Below, in pieces: positions 1 through 8,891 of a DNA stretch of 64,000 nucleotides. The notes under the pieces are model-generated. The model saw only the letters and a program-made list of their open reading frames with translations. It was not told the DNA's origin and searched no databases. Position 1 is the first letter of the stretch; each line of letters starts with the position of its first letter. A program made the translations under genes and the position numbers. The stretch is from positions 544,001 to 608,000 of the forward strand of contig JAVZHQ010000001.1 in NCBI GenBank assembly GCA_038998335.1. Direction: 5' to 3'. Source of the stretch: Candidatus Aenigmatarchaeota archaeon. GTDB lineage: Archaea; Aenigmatarchaeota; Aenigmatarchaeia; CG10238-14; SCSR01.

Positions 1-636
1 ATGGAATCAAAAAACTTGCATCTTAACTTTAGAAAAATAGATGAACTTGCTGAAGTTGGGCTTGATAGAATCAATTTATCTATAGATGCTTTAGATCAAG
101 AATTAGCAAGAAAGTTGGCAGGAACTGAAAGTTATGATGTTACTAGAATAATAGAACTTGCAGAGTATATAGTAAAAACTAACATCAAACTTTTGTTAGC
201 TCCTGTATGGGTTCCTGGTTTGAATGATCAAGAAATTCCTAAAATAATTAGGTTTGCAAAAGAAATAGGAGCAAAGCTTGGGATTCAAAAGTACGAAGCT
301 CACAAGTTTGGTAGAAAGCCTGAGGGTGTTAAGCCGATTAGCTGGTGGAAATTTTATCGAAAGCTTGAAGAATGGGAAAAGCAGTTCAACGTTAAGCTAA
401 GAATTACACCAAAAGATTTTGGAATAGAAAAGAGAAAAATGCTTCCTATTCTTTTCGAAAAAGGGCAAAAAGTTAGAGTTAAAATAAAAGCTCCTGGATG
501 GATTAGAAACGAAATGATTGGAGTAGCTAAGAATAGATGCATAAGCATAGTTGATTGTCAAGCAGAAATTGGAGATGAAGTAAAAGTGGAAATTCTTGAG
601 AACAAGCATAACCTTTATGTTGCAAGAATGGTTTGA
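1..636 (+). CDS. Radical SAM protein with C-terminal TRAM domain (probably 5'-truncated by the window)
   Basis: GLDRINLSIDALD radical-SAM core strand, PVWVPGLND, C-terminal TRAM-like beta region; the CxxxCxxC motif is not in the window. Confidence 0.75.
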   Translation: MESKNLHLNFRKIDELAEVGLDRINLSIDALDQELARKLAGTESYDVTRIIELAEYIVKTNIKLLLAPVWVPGLNDQEIPKIIRFAKEIGAKLGIQKYEAHKFGRKPEGVKPISWWKFYRKLEEWEKQFNVKLRITPKDFGIEKRKMLPILFEKGQKVRVKIKAPGWIRNEMIGVAKNRCISIVDCQAEIGDEVKVEILENKHNLYVARMV

Positions 637-664
637 AGAAACATTAAGTGGGTTGGAATTTTAC

Positions 665-683
665 CGGAATTAAACCTCCGAAA
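665..683 (+). promoter_or_regulatory. Putative operator CGGAATTAAACCTCCGAAA upstream of nreA
   Basis: 16/19 match to the reverse complement of 3190-3208; immediately upstream of a TATA-like TATATTTATA. Confidence 0.45.
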
Positions 684-713
684 TAAAAGTATATTTATAG
701 CTTTATACTATTT

Positions 714-2024
714 ATGATGAACGTTTGGCTTTCCAAGGTAATAGATAACGGAAAAGTTTTGAGTGAGTTAAGTACTCAAGAGATTAAAACTGTCGAAAGA
801 GATTTTAGATGTATACTTTGCAAAGGTTCAAGACTTCTTTGTGGAAAGGCTAGATGCCCTATTTTAATAAGAATTTATACTCAAATAAAAATTCAACCTC
901 TCGTTCAAAAGACAGAACTAGAAGGCTCAAGTCCTCCTGACATTTTTGTGGGCAGAATAGGATATCCTTATGTTTATGTTGGACCTTTAATCCCTCCTTT
1001 GAAAGGAGATACATCAATCCTTTCTTGTCCAGAATTTTGGCACGGAAAAAGTATAGATGAAATAATTAACCTAAGGTTTCAGCTTGTTAGGGGAAAGTAT
1101 CGCACGCATGTAAAAAATTTTGAAGGAAAAATTGTTGAGTTAACAAGAGAAATAGCTTTAAGCAAAAGCTCAGTAGAAAGTGAGGCTCATTTTAAAAGAA
1201 AGCCTTCTGGAACAATAGTTTTAGACGATGAAGTTCAACCTTTTGGTCCTTCTGCTCCTTTAAAAAACTTGTTTGTTGGTAGCATAAAAACAGATCAAAA
1301 AATAGAAAAAGCTTATAACGATACTGACTTGAAAGCTAGCGAAGCAGTATTTTGGCTTTATGAAAAAGGGGTTTTAATTTCAAGAATCCAAAGAGCTTTC
1401 TCTGCTGGATTGTTTGGAATAGAAGAAAACCGAAAGCTAGTTCCTACTAGATGGTCTATAACTGCTATCGATTCAATAATTTCTCAAAAACTCTTGGAAC
1501 AAATAAAAACTTTTCCTTTGATAAACGAGTTTAGAGTTTACGAGCATGAAGCCTTGGACAATAAATGGATTGTTTTAATGATTCCTGATTATTGGAGCTA
1601 TGAACTGATAGAAGCTTGGTATCCTGGAACAACTTGGAACCCAAAAGGAAAAAATATATGGATAATTTCTGATTGGGAGGGATTTGAAGGAAGGAGCAGC
1701 TATCCTAGTATAGGAGGGTGTTACATGGCTAGTAGGCTTAGTATATCATCAAAATTGAAAGAAGAAAAAAGACAGGCATCAGTGATAGTATTGAGAGAAA
1801 TACACCCAGGCTTTATCATGCCGCTAGGAGTATGGAATGTTAGGGAAAATGTAAAAGAGGCCTTGAAAAATAAACCATTGATATTTGATACTTTAGAAAA
1901 AAGTTTACAATACATCTCCACAAAATTGAATATCCCTTTAATAAAATGGATTAGAAATAGCTTTCTTCTAAGAAAGTTTCTATTTCAAAAAAGACTTTCT
2001 CATTTTTTAAAAACCACAGCGTAG
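714..2024 (+). CDS. nreA: Nre family archaeal DNA repair protein (PCNA-interacting)
   Basis: N-terminal CxxCKG..LCG...CP zinc motif, GSSPP.IFVGR.GYP, LVPTRWSITA.D, GGCY, C-terminal PIP box QKRLSHF. Confidence 0.9.
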   Translation: MMNVWLSKVIDNGKVLSELSTQEIKTVERDFRCILCKGSRLLCGKARCPILIRIYTQIKIQPLVQKTELEGSSPPDIFVGRIGYPYVYVGPLIPPLKGDTSILSCPEFWHGKSIDEIINLRFQLVRGKYRTHVKNFEGKIVELTREIALSKSSVESEAHFKRKPSGTIVLDDEVQPFGPSAPLKNLFVGSIKTDQKIEKAYNDTDLKASEAVFWLYEKGVLISRIQRAFSAGLFGIEENRKLVPTRWSITAIDSIISQKLLEQIKTFPLINEFRVYEHEALDNKWIVLMIPDYWSYELIEAWYPGTTWNPKGKNIWIISDWEGFEGRSSYPSIGGCYMASRLSISSKLKEEKRQASVIVLREIHPGFIMPLGVWNVRENVKEALKNKPLIFDTLEKSLQYISTKLNIPLIKWIRNSFLLRKFLFQKRLSHFLKTTA

Positions 2025-3153
2025 GCTTTTTGCTATTATCTTTGGAAACTATATTTTCTTTTAATAGTTGCCTCATATGTGCCCAAATAAGTGTTTGGTT
2101 TAATCCGGTCAACCTTGAAAGTTCTGGTACGGAAGAAGGTTTATTTAACAACATTTTTAATATTTTCTTCCTATTTTTATGGATATCTACAAAACTTTTT
2201 ACTGCTTCTTGGAGTAATAGACTCTTCTTAGGATGAGTAAAACCAATTTTATTTAAAAAATTTTCTAAACTCTTTTTTCCAAAAACACTAAACCTTAAGA
2301 CGATTTTATTTCTTTCCCTCTTATCTCTAAAAATCTCTTGTTTTGTTATTTTACCTGATTTGATTCCAAACTCTGATAGTATTTCTTTTATCGAACATAG
2401 AAAATTTTCTAGGGAACCCTTTAGTTCAAGTAATTTTCCTTGTGCAAAAATTATTGCCTGACTTCTACTCTTTTTATTTTTCTTCTTAACACATCCTTCA
2501 TCATCAAAAATTCCACGTAGAAAAGATAATTTAATTTCTTTAGAACCATTTTTAATCCATTCTGGAACATCAAAGCATTGAAGAGTTTTATTGCCAACAG
2601 GAACTCCTGCTCTATGAAGTACAAAACCAACGAAAGGGCAAAATTTAACTTGAATTCTTCCATCCTTAAGTTTAATGATAGTTCCTCTCGTTCTGCCTAT
2701 AGCTTTATTAACACAATCACATACTTCTTTAACTAATTTCCTTTCATTATTCCAAAAAGAAAATCTAAATGTGTCTTTTTCTATACTTCCATCCCCCATA
2801 CCTTTAGCAACAAGTAATGCTAATTCTGGAGATTCTATAATGGGAAGCTTAACTTCAGTTACTTTTCCTGACATTCCACCTTTGATAGCAACTACATGCT
2901 TTTCTAATTCTTCTTCGGAAATTTCAGTAATCGCAATTAATTTTTTGAGTATTTGCCATTTTATAAACTTTGTTTGACCTATTTTCATTAACCTTATAGA
3001 GTCCGGGTCACATTCTAGTTTTTTTGCCAAATTTTTAATCATGCCTTCTTTTTCGATAGCTTTTCTAAATAGTTCTAACCTAAACTTGTCCTCGATCAAA
3101 AATCTAAAGCTCCTACACATTAAATCTTTCAATCTTACTTCCATCTTTCTCAC
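1951..3153 (-). CDS. Free-standing LAGLIDADG-family protein with N- and C-terminal HTH domains
   Basis: Two LAGLIDADG-like helices (LALLVAKGMGDG; SFLRGIFDDEG), KIGFTHPKK, HTHs IKNLAKKLECDPDSI and SVPELSRLTGLNQTLIWAHM; no intein splicing motifs; overlaps the nreA 3' end by 74 nt. Confidence 0.8.
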   Translation of the reverse strand: MRKMEVRLKDLMCRSFRFLIEDKFRLELFRKAIEKEGMIKNLAKKLECDPDSIRLMKIGQTKFIKWQILKKLIAITEISEEELEKHVVAIKGGMSGKVTEVKLPIIESPELALLVAKGMGDGSIEKDTFRFSFWNNERKLVKEVCDCVNKAIGRTRGTIIKLKDGRIQVKFCPFVGFVLHRAGVPVGNKTLQCFDVPEWIKNGSKEIKLSFLRGIFDDEGCVKKKNKKSRSQAIIFAQGKLLELKGSLENFLCSIKEILSEFGIKSGKITKQEIFRDKRERNKIVLRFSVFGKKSLENFLNKIGFTHPKKSLLLQEAVKSFVDIHKNRKKILKMLLNKPSSVPELSRLTGLNQTLIWAHMRQLLKENIVSKDNSKKPTLWFLKNEKVFFEIETFLEESYF

Positions 3154-3189
3154 TTTTAATTACTTGATTGCTATCTTTCAGTATATTAC

Positions 3190-3208
3190 TTTCGGGGGTT
3201 CACTTCCG
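3190..3208 (-). promoter_or_regulatory. Putative operator/BRE CGGAAGTGAACCCCCGAAA upstream of the LAGLIDADG-HTH gene (divergent spacer)
   Basis: 16/19 match to 665-683; followed on the minus strand by TATA-like GTAATATA. Confidence 0.45.
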
Positions 3209-3256
3209 ATGAAAAATAGCCTGAAGATTTTTATAAGTAGCAATTAATCTAAATTT

Positions 3257-4057
3257 ATGCAAGTAAAAGAAATAAAGTGCAAATCCATTTTAAACAGAAG
3301 CAAGCTTGCTGATTATTGTATAAATTGTTATGTTGGCTGCGAGCACGCTTGTGTTTATTGCTATGCAGAATATTACACAAAAAAATACACTCAGCATAAA
3401 GAAGAGTGGGGAAGTTTTGTTGACGCTAAAATAAACTCTCCTGAAATTTTAAGAAAGGAAATCTTGAACAAGAAAAAAGGTAGCGTTTTCCTTTCTTCTT
3501 TAACAGACCCCTATCAGCCTTTAGAAAAAAAGTATGAACTAACAAGAAAATGTTTAGAGATTCTACAAAGAAACAATTTTTCTGTTTGCATACAAACAAA
3601 ATCTTCTTTAGTCTTAAGAGACCTTGAAATTCTTAAAAAGTTTAAAGATTGTGAGGTTGGCTTTACAATAACAACATTAGAAGAGAAAATAAGAAAAAAT
3701 TTTGAGCCTTTTTCTTCTAGCGTTGATGAAAAATTAGAAGCTTTAAGTATATTGAAAGAAAATGGAATCAAAACTTTTGTTTTTTTCGGTCCAGTTTTGC
3801 CTTTTCTTTCTGATAAAAATTTAGAAGAATTTTTTGAAAAACTTTCTAGCTTAACTGATTATTTTTTTGTCGATAAGCTTAACATTAAACCTGGAACTTG
3901 GGAAAAATGCGAAAAGATTTTGAAAGAGAAATATCCTGAGCTTCTAGAAAAATGGCAGAGAATATTTTTTGAGAAAAACGATTACTATAAAAATTTGAGG
4001 AAAAAGATAGAGGAAATTGCAAGAAAAAATAAACTGAAAGTTATTTTTTGTTACTAG
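3257..4057 (+). CDS. Radical SAM protein, spore-photoproduct-lyase-like/Rv2578c-type
   Basis: YVGCEHACVYCYA (CxxxCxxC), TDPYQPLE..Y.LTR, QTKS.LV.RD, FEP. Confidence 0.85.
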   Translation: MQVKEIKCKSILNRSKLADYCINCYVGCEHACVYCYAEYYTKKYTQHKEEWGSFVDAKINSPEILRKEILNKKKGSVFLSSLTDPYQPLEKKYELTRKCLEILQRNNFSVCIQTKSSLVLRDLEILKKFKDCEVGFTITTLEEKIRKNFEPFSSSVDEKLEALSILKENGIKTFVFFGPVLPFLSDKNLEEFFEKLSSLTDYFFVDKLNIKPGTWEKCEKILKEKYPELLEKWQRIFFEKNDYYKNLRKKIEEIARKNKLKVIFCY

Positions 4058-4268
4058 TTACTTTTACACCTTCTTCAAAAGCCTTTTCATCTTTTTCTCC
4101 AAACTCTTCTATAACTTCAGAAGTTTTCATATCTCCGAGCCTTTCAGCACAATCTTTACAAATAGTTACTGTTTTTTTAGTATCTTCGTCGCCAGCGGTA
4201 AAAACTATTCCTTCCTTCCCGCAAATAGAGCATTTGCCTTCAAAAGTAGCTGAAAGCTTAATCCTCAT
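4041..4268 (-). CDS. Small zinc-finger protein
   Basis: CSIC...CKDC pair in 75 aa. Confidence 0.7.
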   Translation of the reverse strand: MRIKLSATFEGKCSICGKEGIVFTAGDEDTKKTVTICKDCAERLGDMKTSEVIEEFGEKDEKAFEEGVKVTSNKK

Positions 4269-4350
4269 ACTTAATTTTTGTTTTTCATACTTAAAAACAA
4301 ATTTTTAATTTTAAAATTATAATTTTATCATGTAGCTAAAGGAAGAAAAG

Positions 4351-5670
4351 ATGTCTAATGCGTTAAAAACCATAGTTCACTTTTCAATAGGCTATAGATG
4401 TGGCGACGAATACTATCAAAATTTTATTCCTTATAGTGGTGGGCTTTGTGATGTTGTAAAAGGAATAGCTGAAAGAACTCCTTATAATGTTATCGTATAC
4501 ACAAGAAGAAGGGATAAGCTCTGGGTAAACGAGAACGAGCTTGGTCTTGATACTGTAGTTAACTATTACCCTGCTCCAAACGTTAGAGTTGTAGGGGTGC
4601 CTGCGGTCAAGTTATTGAGATGGGAAGAGGAAATTCTCAGCAGCTTGAATTACCTTTACAGTATACCAATAAATGAAAAACAAGAAAGAAGGGACGAAAT
4701 AGTAAGGGAAATAGATTATAATGCAACTGTGGTTAAAAGGTTAATTAAAGGTTATGACGGAATTAAAATCGATAACAATGAAATTATAATTCATGGTCAT
4801 GATTGGCTTAATGCTGCTTCTCTTTATTTGATTAAAAAACATTACCCAAAAACCAAAACAGTTTTTCAAGTTCACTTAAGTAGCACGAGAAACGATTATT
4901 CAGACAAAAGGCTTGTTTACGAAAAAATTGGATGTGAAGCTAGCGATAGAATTGTTGCAGTTTCAAATTCTCAAGCAAGTTCACTTTTTCTACACAAGCT
5001 AGATGAGAAAAAAATAAGGGTTATACCCAATGCAATAGACACAAGAAAATGGGCACCTCCTTCGACTGAACTTGAGTTTAAAGAAATAGAAGAAGTTAAG
5101 GCAAAGTATGGAATAAAAGGCCCTTACATTCTTTCTACGGGAAGGTATGTTGAGGAAAAGGGTCATGCTGCGCTTCTTCTTGCCTCTTCAATATTTCTTA
5201 AAGAGCATCCAGATTTCTACTTAGTAATAGCAGGTTTTGACGGAAACAAAGTGTTTTACGATTTTCTGAGAGAAGTAAGGGAAAGGATGGAAGATAATAT
5301 TAAGGAAAGGGTAATACTTTTCCCTCAAGAAACAACTTTAAACGAGAGGGAAGAGATAAGGTTAAACCAAGGCTGTGAAGCCTATGTTTGCCTTTCTCAT
5401 TATGAGGCTTTTGGTTTGGTTGCTATAAAAGCAATGGCATGTGGTAAGCCTGTTGTAGCGAGCAATATACCTACTTTTGAAGAAGTTATTGGAGATACAG
5501 GAATAAGAGTGAGGATTGAAACAAAGGAAATTGCTAACGGGCTAGAAAAAGCAATAGAAGAGAGAAATTGCTACGGGGAAAAGGCTAGAAGAAGAGTAAG
5601 CGAAAAGTTTTCTTGGGATGTTATATCAAAGGAATACAAAAGACTTTACGACGAGCTTTACGAAACATAA
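4351..5670 (+). CDS. Glycosyltransferase family 4
   Basis: HGHDW, IVAVS, VIPNAID, GRYVEEKG, SHYEAFGLVAIKAMACGKPVV, FSWD. Confidence 0.9.
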   Translation: MSNALKTIVHFSIGYRCGDEYYQNFIPYSGGLCDVVKGIAERTPYNVIVYTRRRDKLWVNENELGLDTVVNYYPAPNVRVVGVPAVKLLRWEEEILSSLNYLYSIPINEKQERRDEIVREIDYNATVVKRLIKGYDGIKIDNNEIIIHGHDWLNAASLYLIKKHYPKTKTVFQVHLSSTRNDYSDKRLVYEKIGCEASDRIVAVSNSQASSLFLHKLDEKKIRVIPNAIDTRKWAPPSTELEFKEIEEVKAKYGIKGPYILSTGRYVEEKGHAALLLASSIFLKEHPDFYLVIAGFDGNKVFYDFLREVRERMEDNIKERVILFPQETTLNEREEIRLNQGCEAYVCLSHYEAFGLVAIKAMACGKPVVASNIPTFEEVIGDTGIRVRIETKEIANGLEKAIEERNCYGEKARRRVSEKFSWDVISKEYKRLYDELYET

Positions 5671-5761
5671 AAAATTGAGAATCTATATTCTATAGAATAA
5701 AAAAATATTTATTGAAGTTGCCCTCCTTATTTTCTTTAGAAAATAAAAAGAGGTGGAAAAA

Positions 5762-5791
5762 ATGGCAAAGAAGAAAAAGAAGCCTTGCTAA
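5762..5791 (+). CDS. Putative 9-aa Lys-rich micropeptide MAKKKKKPC (not in ORF track)
   Basis: GAGGTG SD at 5750-5755, ATG at 5762, upstream AAAAATATTTATT BRE/TATA-like element, downstream T-tract. Confidence 0.35.
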   Translation: MAKKKKKPC

Positions 5792-5813
5792 TTTCTAAAC
5801 TTCTTTTCTTTTT

Positions 5814-6410
5814 TTATATTCTTGCTTTGCACCCTAGCTCAAAAATTTCTTTGTTCATGCTAAAATACTTCTCTGGGACTATTCTTCTTATTCCTTCGAA
5901 CAGGCTTTCCTTTTTTAAAGGAATCAAGCTTGAACAACTAGCAACGCCAAGCATAAAAACATTAGCCCCTGTTGTGCTTCCGAATTCTTTTTTCAAGGTT
6001 TTACTTGCGTCTACAAAGAAAACTTTTGAAGAAAATTCTTTCAAAATCTTTTTTATTTCCTCGTTGGAAGGATATTTCTCGCCAAGAGCAGAAGATGAAA
6101 TAGGAACTATTCTCTCAGAATCTATGAGGAAAACAGTTTTTTCTTTTGAACCATAAACACAAGCTCTTAAAGCTTCCAAAGGCTCTAAACCAATTATTAA
6201 ATCTGCCTTTCCTACTCTTACTGTTGAAGAATAAATCTTTTTTCCAAACCTTACATGGCAAGGAATGCTTCCTCCTCTTTGTGAAAGTCCATGAAGCTCT
6301 GAAGTTTTCACGTCATAGCCTTCTATTAAAGCAGCTTCTGCTATTATCAAAGCTAAAGTTAAGGAGCCTTGACCACCAACTCCTGCTATCACAAGGTTAA
6401 ACTCTTTCAT
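5814..6410 (-). CDS. iorB: Indolepyruvate:ferredoxin oxidoreductase beta subunit
   Basis: IAGVGGQG, SELHGLSQRGGS, GLEPLEALR, NVFMLG. Confidence 0.92.
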   Translation of the reverse strand: MKEFNLVIAGVGGQGSLTLALIIAEAALIEGYDVKTSELHGLSQRGGSIPCHVRFGKKIYSSTVRVGKADLIIGLEPLEALRACVYGSKEKTVFLIDSERIVPISSSALGEKYPSNEEIKKILKEFSSKVFFVDASKTLKKEFGSTTGANVFMLGVASCSSLIPLKKESLFEGIRRIVPEKYFSMNKEIFELGCKARI

Positions 6411-7000
6411 TTTTTATACCTTAAGCTTCTAGCTTTTGCAAGTACCATTACAACAAATACGTAAGCTAAAAACTCGATTAGAGAAGCTAAAAAGAGTAAA
6501 GATTGTAAAAAGAAAAGGCCAAAAAGAGAGGTTAAGCTGCCTAGAATTAAAAACATAAATGAAAGCGATGCAAAAATTCCAAGCCTATGCCTAAGGATAA
6601 ATAAGCTTATGCTTAAAACAATTAACGCCAAAATATACAATACTCTAAATATAAGAGGAATGTATATGAAGGGTGGAAACGCTTGTATTTCCCAGTAAAA
6701 ATAAATACTTCCTAACGAAAACGCTGCATAAAATATTAATCCAAACCCTGAAACATAAGCTAAGTATAAAATTAACTTGTTTTTTAAAATTTCTCCTATA
6801 GCTACGAGACCTATTAAAATTCCAACATAAAACAATAAAACAAAAAAGTATCCTAATATTAAAAATAAATAAGTTAAGTTAATGTTATCCTGAGCAGCAA
6901 AAGCCCCTGAAACAAACCCTAAGATAAGGCTTAGAACTAAAGCTGATAAGCTCATCCAAAAAGCTAAATCAATTCTCTTTAATCTATTTGGTTCTTTCAT
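6407..7000 (-). CDS. Multi-pass membrane protein between iorA and iorB
   Basis: About 6 hydrophobic helices; ATGA overlaps with both neighbours support a start at 7000 rather than 7060. Confidence 0.75.
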   Translation of the reverse strand: MKEPNRLKRIDLAFWMSLSALVLSLILGFVSGAFAAQDNINLTYLFLILGYFFVLLFYVGILIGLVAIGEILKNKLILYLAYVSGFGLIFYAAFSLGSIYFYWEIQAFPPFIYIPLIFRVLYILALIVLSISLFILRHRLGIFASLSFMFLILGSLTSLFGLFFLQSLLFLASLIEFLAYVFVVMVLAKARSLRYKK

Positions 7001-8841
7001 TCTTTCACCCTTATCGCATTGTATGGACAAACTTGAAAGCAAACAGCACAACCTGTACAAAGCTCTTCGTCTATGACAAAATCTTCTCCTTCTTTTTTAA
7101 TAGCTGGGCAAGCAAACTCATTTAAACAAATCCCGCACTTAGTGCACTTTTCCTTTGAAATCTCAAACTTTGGAATTTTTATTCCTTCTTTTTTCTTGTC
7201 CCTTACAGCAAGCAGCTGACAATACCTTCTTGCTATTATAACAGAAACCTTATCCTTTTCCAAAAACTCTTTAATTGCTTCTTCCATTTCTTTTAAATTG
7301 AAAGGATCTACAACCTTAACATTCTCTACACCACAAGCTCTGACTAAATTTTCCAAGTCTATTGCTTTTGTTTCCTCGTTTAAACCAGTTTTTCCTGAAC
7401 CAGGATGTGGTTGATGACCTGTCATAGCAGTTACTCTGTTATCCAAAATTATTACTAAAGGATTTGACTTGTTAAAAACCATGTTTATTAAAGCTGGAAT
7501 TCCTGCATGGAAAAAAGTAGAATCGCCAATAAAAGCTATCGCTTTCTGATTTGTTGCTTTTTTTATTCCGTGCACAACTCCTTCTCCTGCTCCCATAGAA
7601 ATTATAAAATCTAAGGTTTTCAAAGGAGGTAAAATTCCAAGCATGTAACAACCAATATCACCGCCAAAAACAGCATCTTTTGCAACTTTTTTCACAGCAT
7701 AAAAAGTTGCTCTATGTGGGCAACCAGGACACATTACAGGAAACCTTCTTGCAATTTCTATTTGCTTGTACTTTTTGGAGATCTCTTCTATTTTGTTCAA
7801 ATTCTTTCCAAGAATTTTTCCTATAGCAAGAAAAACTATTTCTTGGCTTAGCTCGCCAGCTTTTGGAATTAGTTCTTTTCCGTAAATTTTAACTTTCGGG
7901 TTTGCATCTTTAGCTATTGCCTTAACTTTTTCCTCAAGGATATCGTCAAGTTCTTCTACTATTAAAACCTTTTTTAAGTTTTTAAGGAATCTTGCAATCT
8001 TTTTTTCAGGCAAAGGATTAGTAAGGCTTAGTTTTAGAACTGGAACTTTAACTTTTAAGTCTTCTAGAGCTTCCATCACATAGGCAAAAGAAACCCCTGA
8101 AGCTATTATTCCAAACTTGCTCTTAGATTTTTCGTTAACTACAAAATTAATTTCTGTTTTTTCTGAAAATTCCTTTATTTTTTCCATTTTTTCTAGAAGC
8201 TTTTTGTGCAACTCAATAATTTTTGGAGCAAGGTTAAAGTACTTTTCATCCTTCTTGAAAAAACCTTTAGCTTCTTCTTTCTTTATTTCATCCAATAAAA
8301 CTATTCCACGAGTATGGCTTACCCTAGTTGTTAGTCTTATTAAAACTGGAATTTTATATTTTTCTGAAATTTCAAATGCAATCTTTGTAAAATCTTTGCA
8401 TTCTTGCGGGCTAGAAGGTTCTATCATAGGAACATGGGCTAAAAAAGCATAATGCCTAGAATCTTGCTCACTTTGGGCTGAACTAAAGCAGCTTGGATCG
8501 TCAGCAACAACTATTACTAAGCCTGCGTTCAAATCAAAGTAAGCTACAGGAAAGAAACTGTCAGAAGCAACATTCAAGCCAAAATTTTTAAAAGAAACTA
8601 TTGATTTTAAGCCAGAAAAAGAGGCTCCTGCTGCAGCTTCTAAAGCAACTTTTTCGTTAACTGAATACTCGAAATAAATTCCTGTTTGTTTTGCTATCTG
8701 AGCAAAAGTGTCGCCAATTTCAGAAGCTGGAGTGCCAGGATAAGTTGTTGCAAACTTTACTCCAGCTTCCAAAGCACCTCTTACAATTGCTTCATTTCCT
8801 AAAAGAATGACTTTTTTTCCTTTTTCTTCTAATAGCTTCAT
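6997..8841 (-). CDS. iorA: Indolepyruvate:ferredoxin oxidoreductase alpha subunit
   Basis: LLGNEAIVRGA, YPGTP, NEKVALE, CPGCPHR, GDIGCY, GDSTFFH (TPP), TAMTGHQP, C-terminal 2x[4Fe-4S] motifs. Confidence 0.95.
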   Translation of the reverse strand: MKLLEEKGKKVILLGNEAIVRGALEAGVKFATTYPGTPASEIGDTFAQIAKQTGIYFEYSVNEKVALEAAAGASFSGLKSIVSFKNFGLNVASDSFFPVAYFDLNAGLVIVVADDPSCFSSAQSEQDSRHYAFLAHVPMIEPSSPQECKDFTKIAFEISEKYKIPVLIRLTTRVSHTRGIVLLDEIKKEEAKGFFKKDEKYFNLAPKIIELHKKLLEKMEKIKEFSEKTEINFVVNEKSKSKFGIIASGVSFAYVMEALEDLKVKVPVLKLSLTNPLPEKKIARFLKNLKKVLIVEELDDILEEKVKAIAKDANPKVKIYGKELIPKAGELSQEIVFLAIGKILGKNLNKIEEISKKYKQIEIARRFPVMCPGCPHRATFYAVKKVAKDAVFGGDIGCYMLGILPPLKTLDFIISMGAGEGVVHGIKKATNQKAIAFIGDSTFFHAGIPALINMVFNKSNPLVIILDNRVTAMTGHQPHPGSGKTGLNEETKAIDLENLVRACGVENVKVVDPFNLKEMEEAIKEFLEKDKVSVIIARRYCQLLAVRDKKKEGIKIPKFEISKEKCTKCGICLNEFACPAIKKEGEDFVIDEELCTGCAVCFQVCPYNAIRVKE

Positions 8842-8891
8842 GTTTTTCGCTAATTAATTTTTGAATAACTTAAAGAAAAAGCTATTTCTTT

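Noticed and set aside
1951-3153. Intein or intron-encoded ORF within nreA
   Set aside because: Opposite strand, nreA is intact to its PIP box, and there are no splicing motifs
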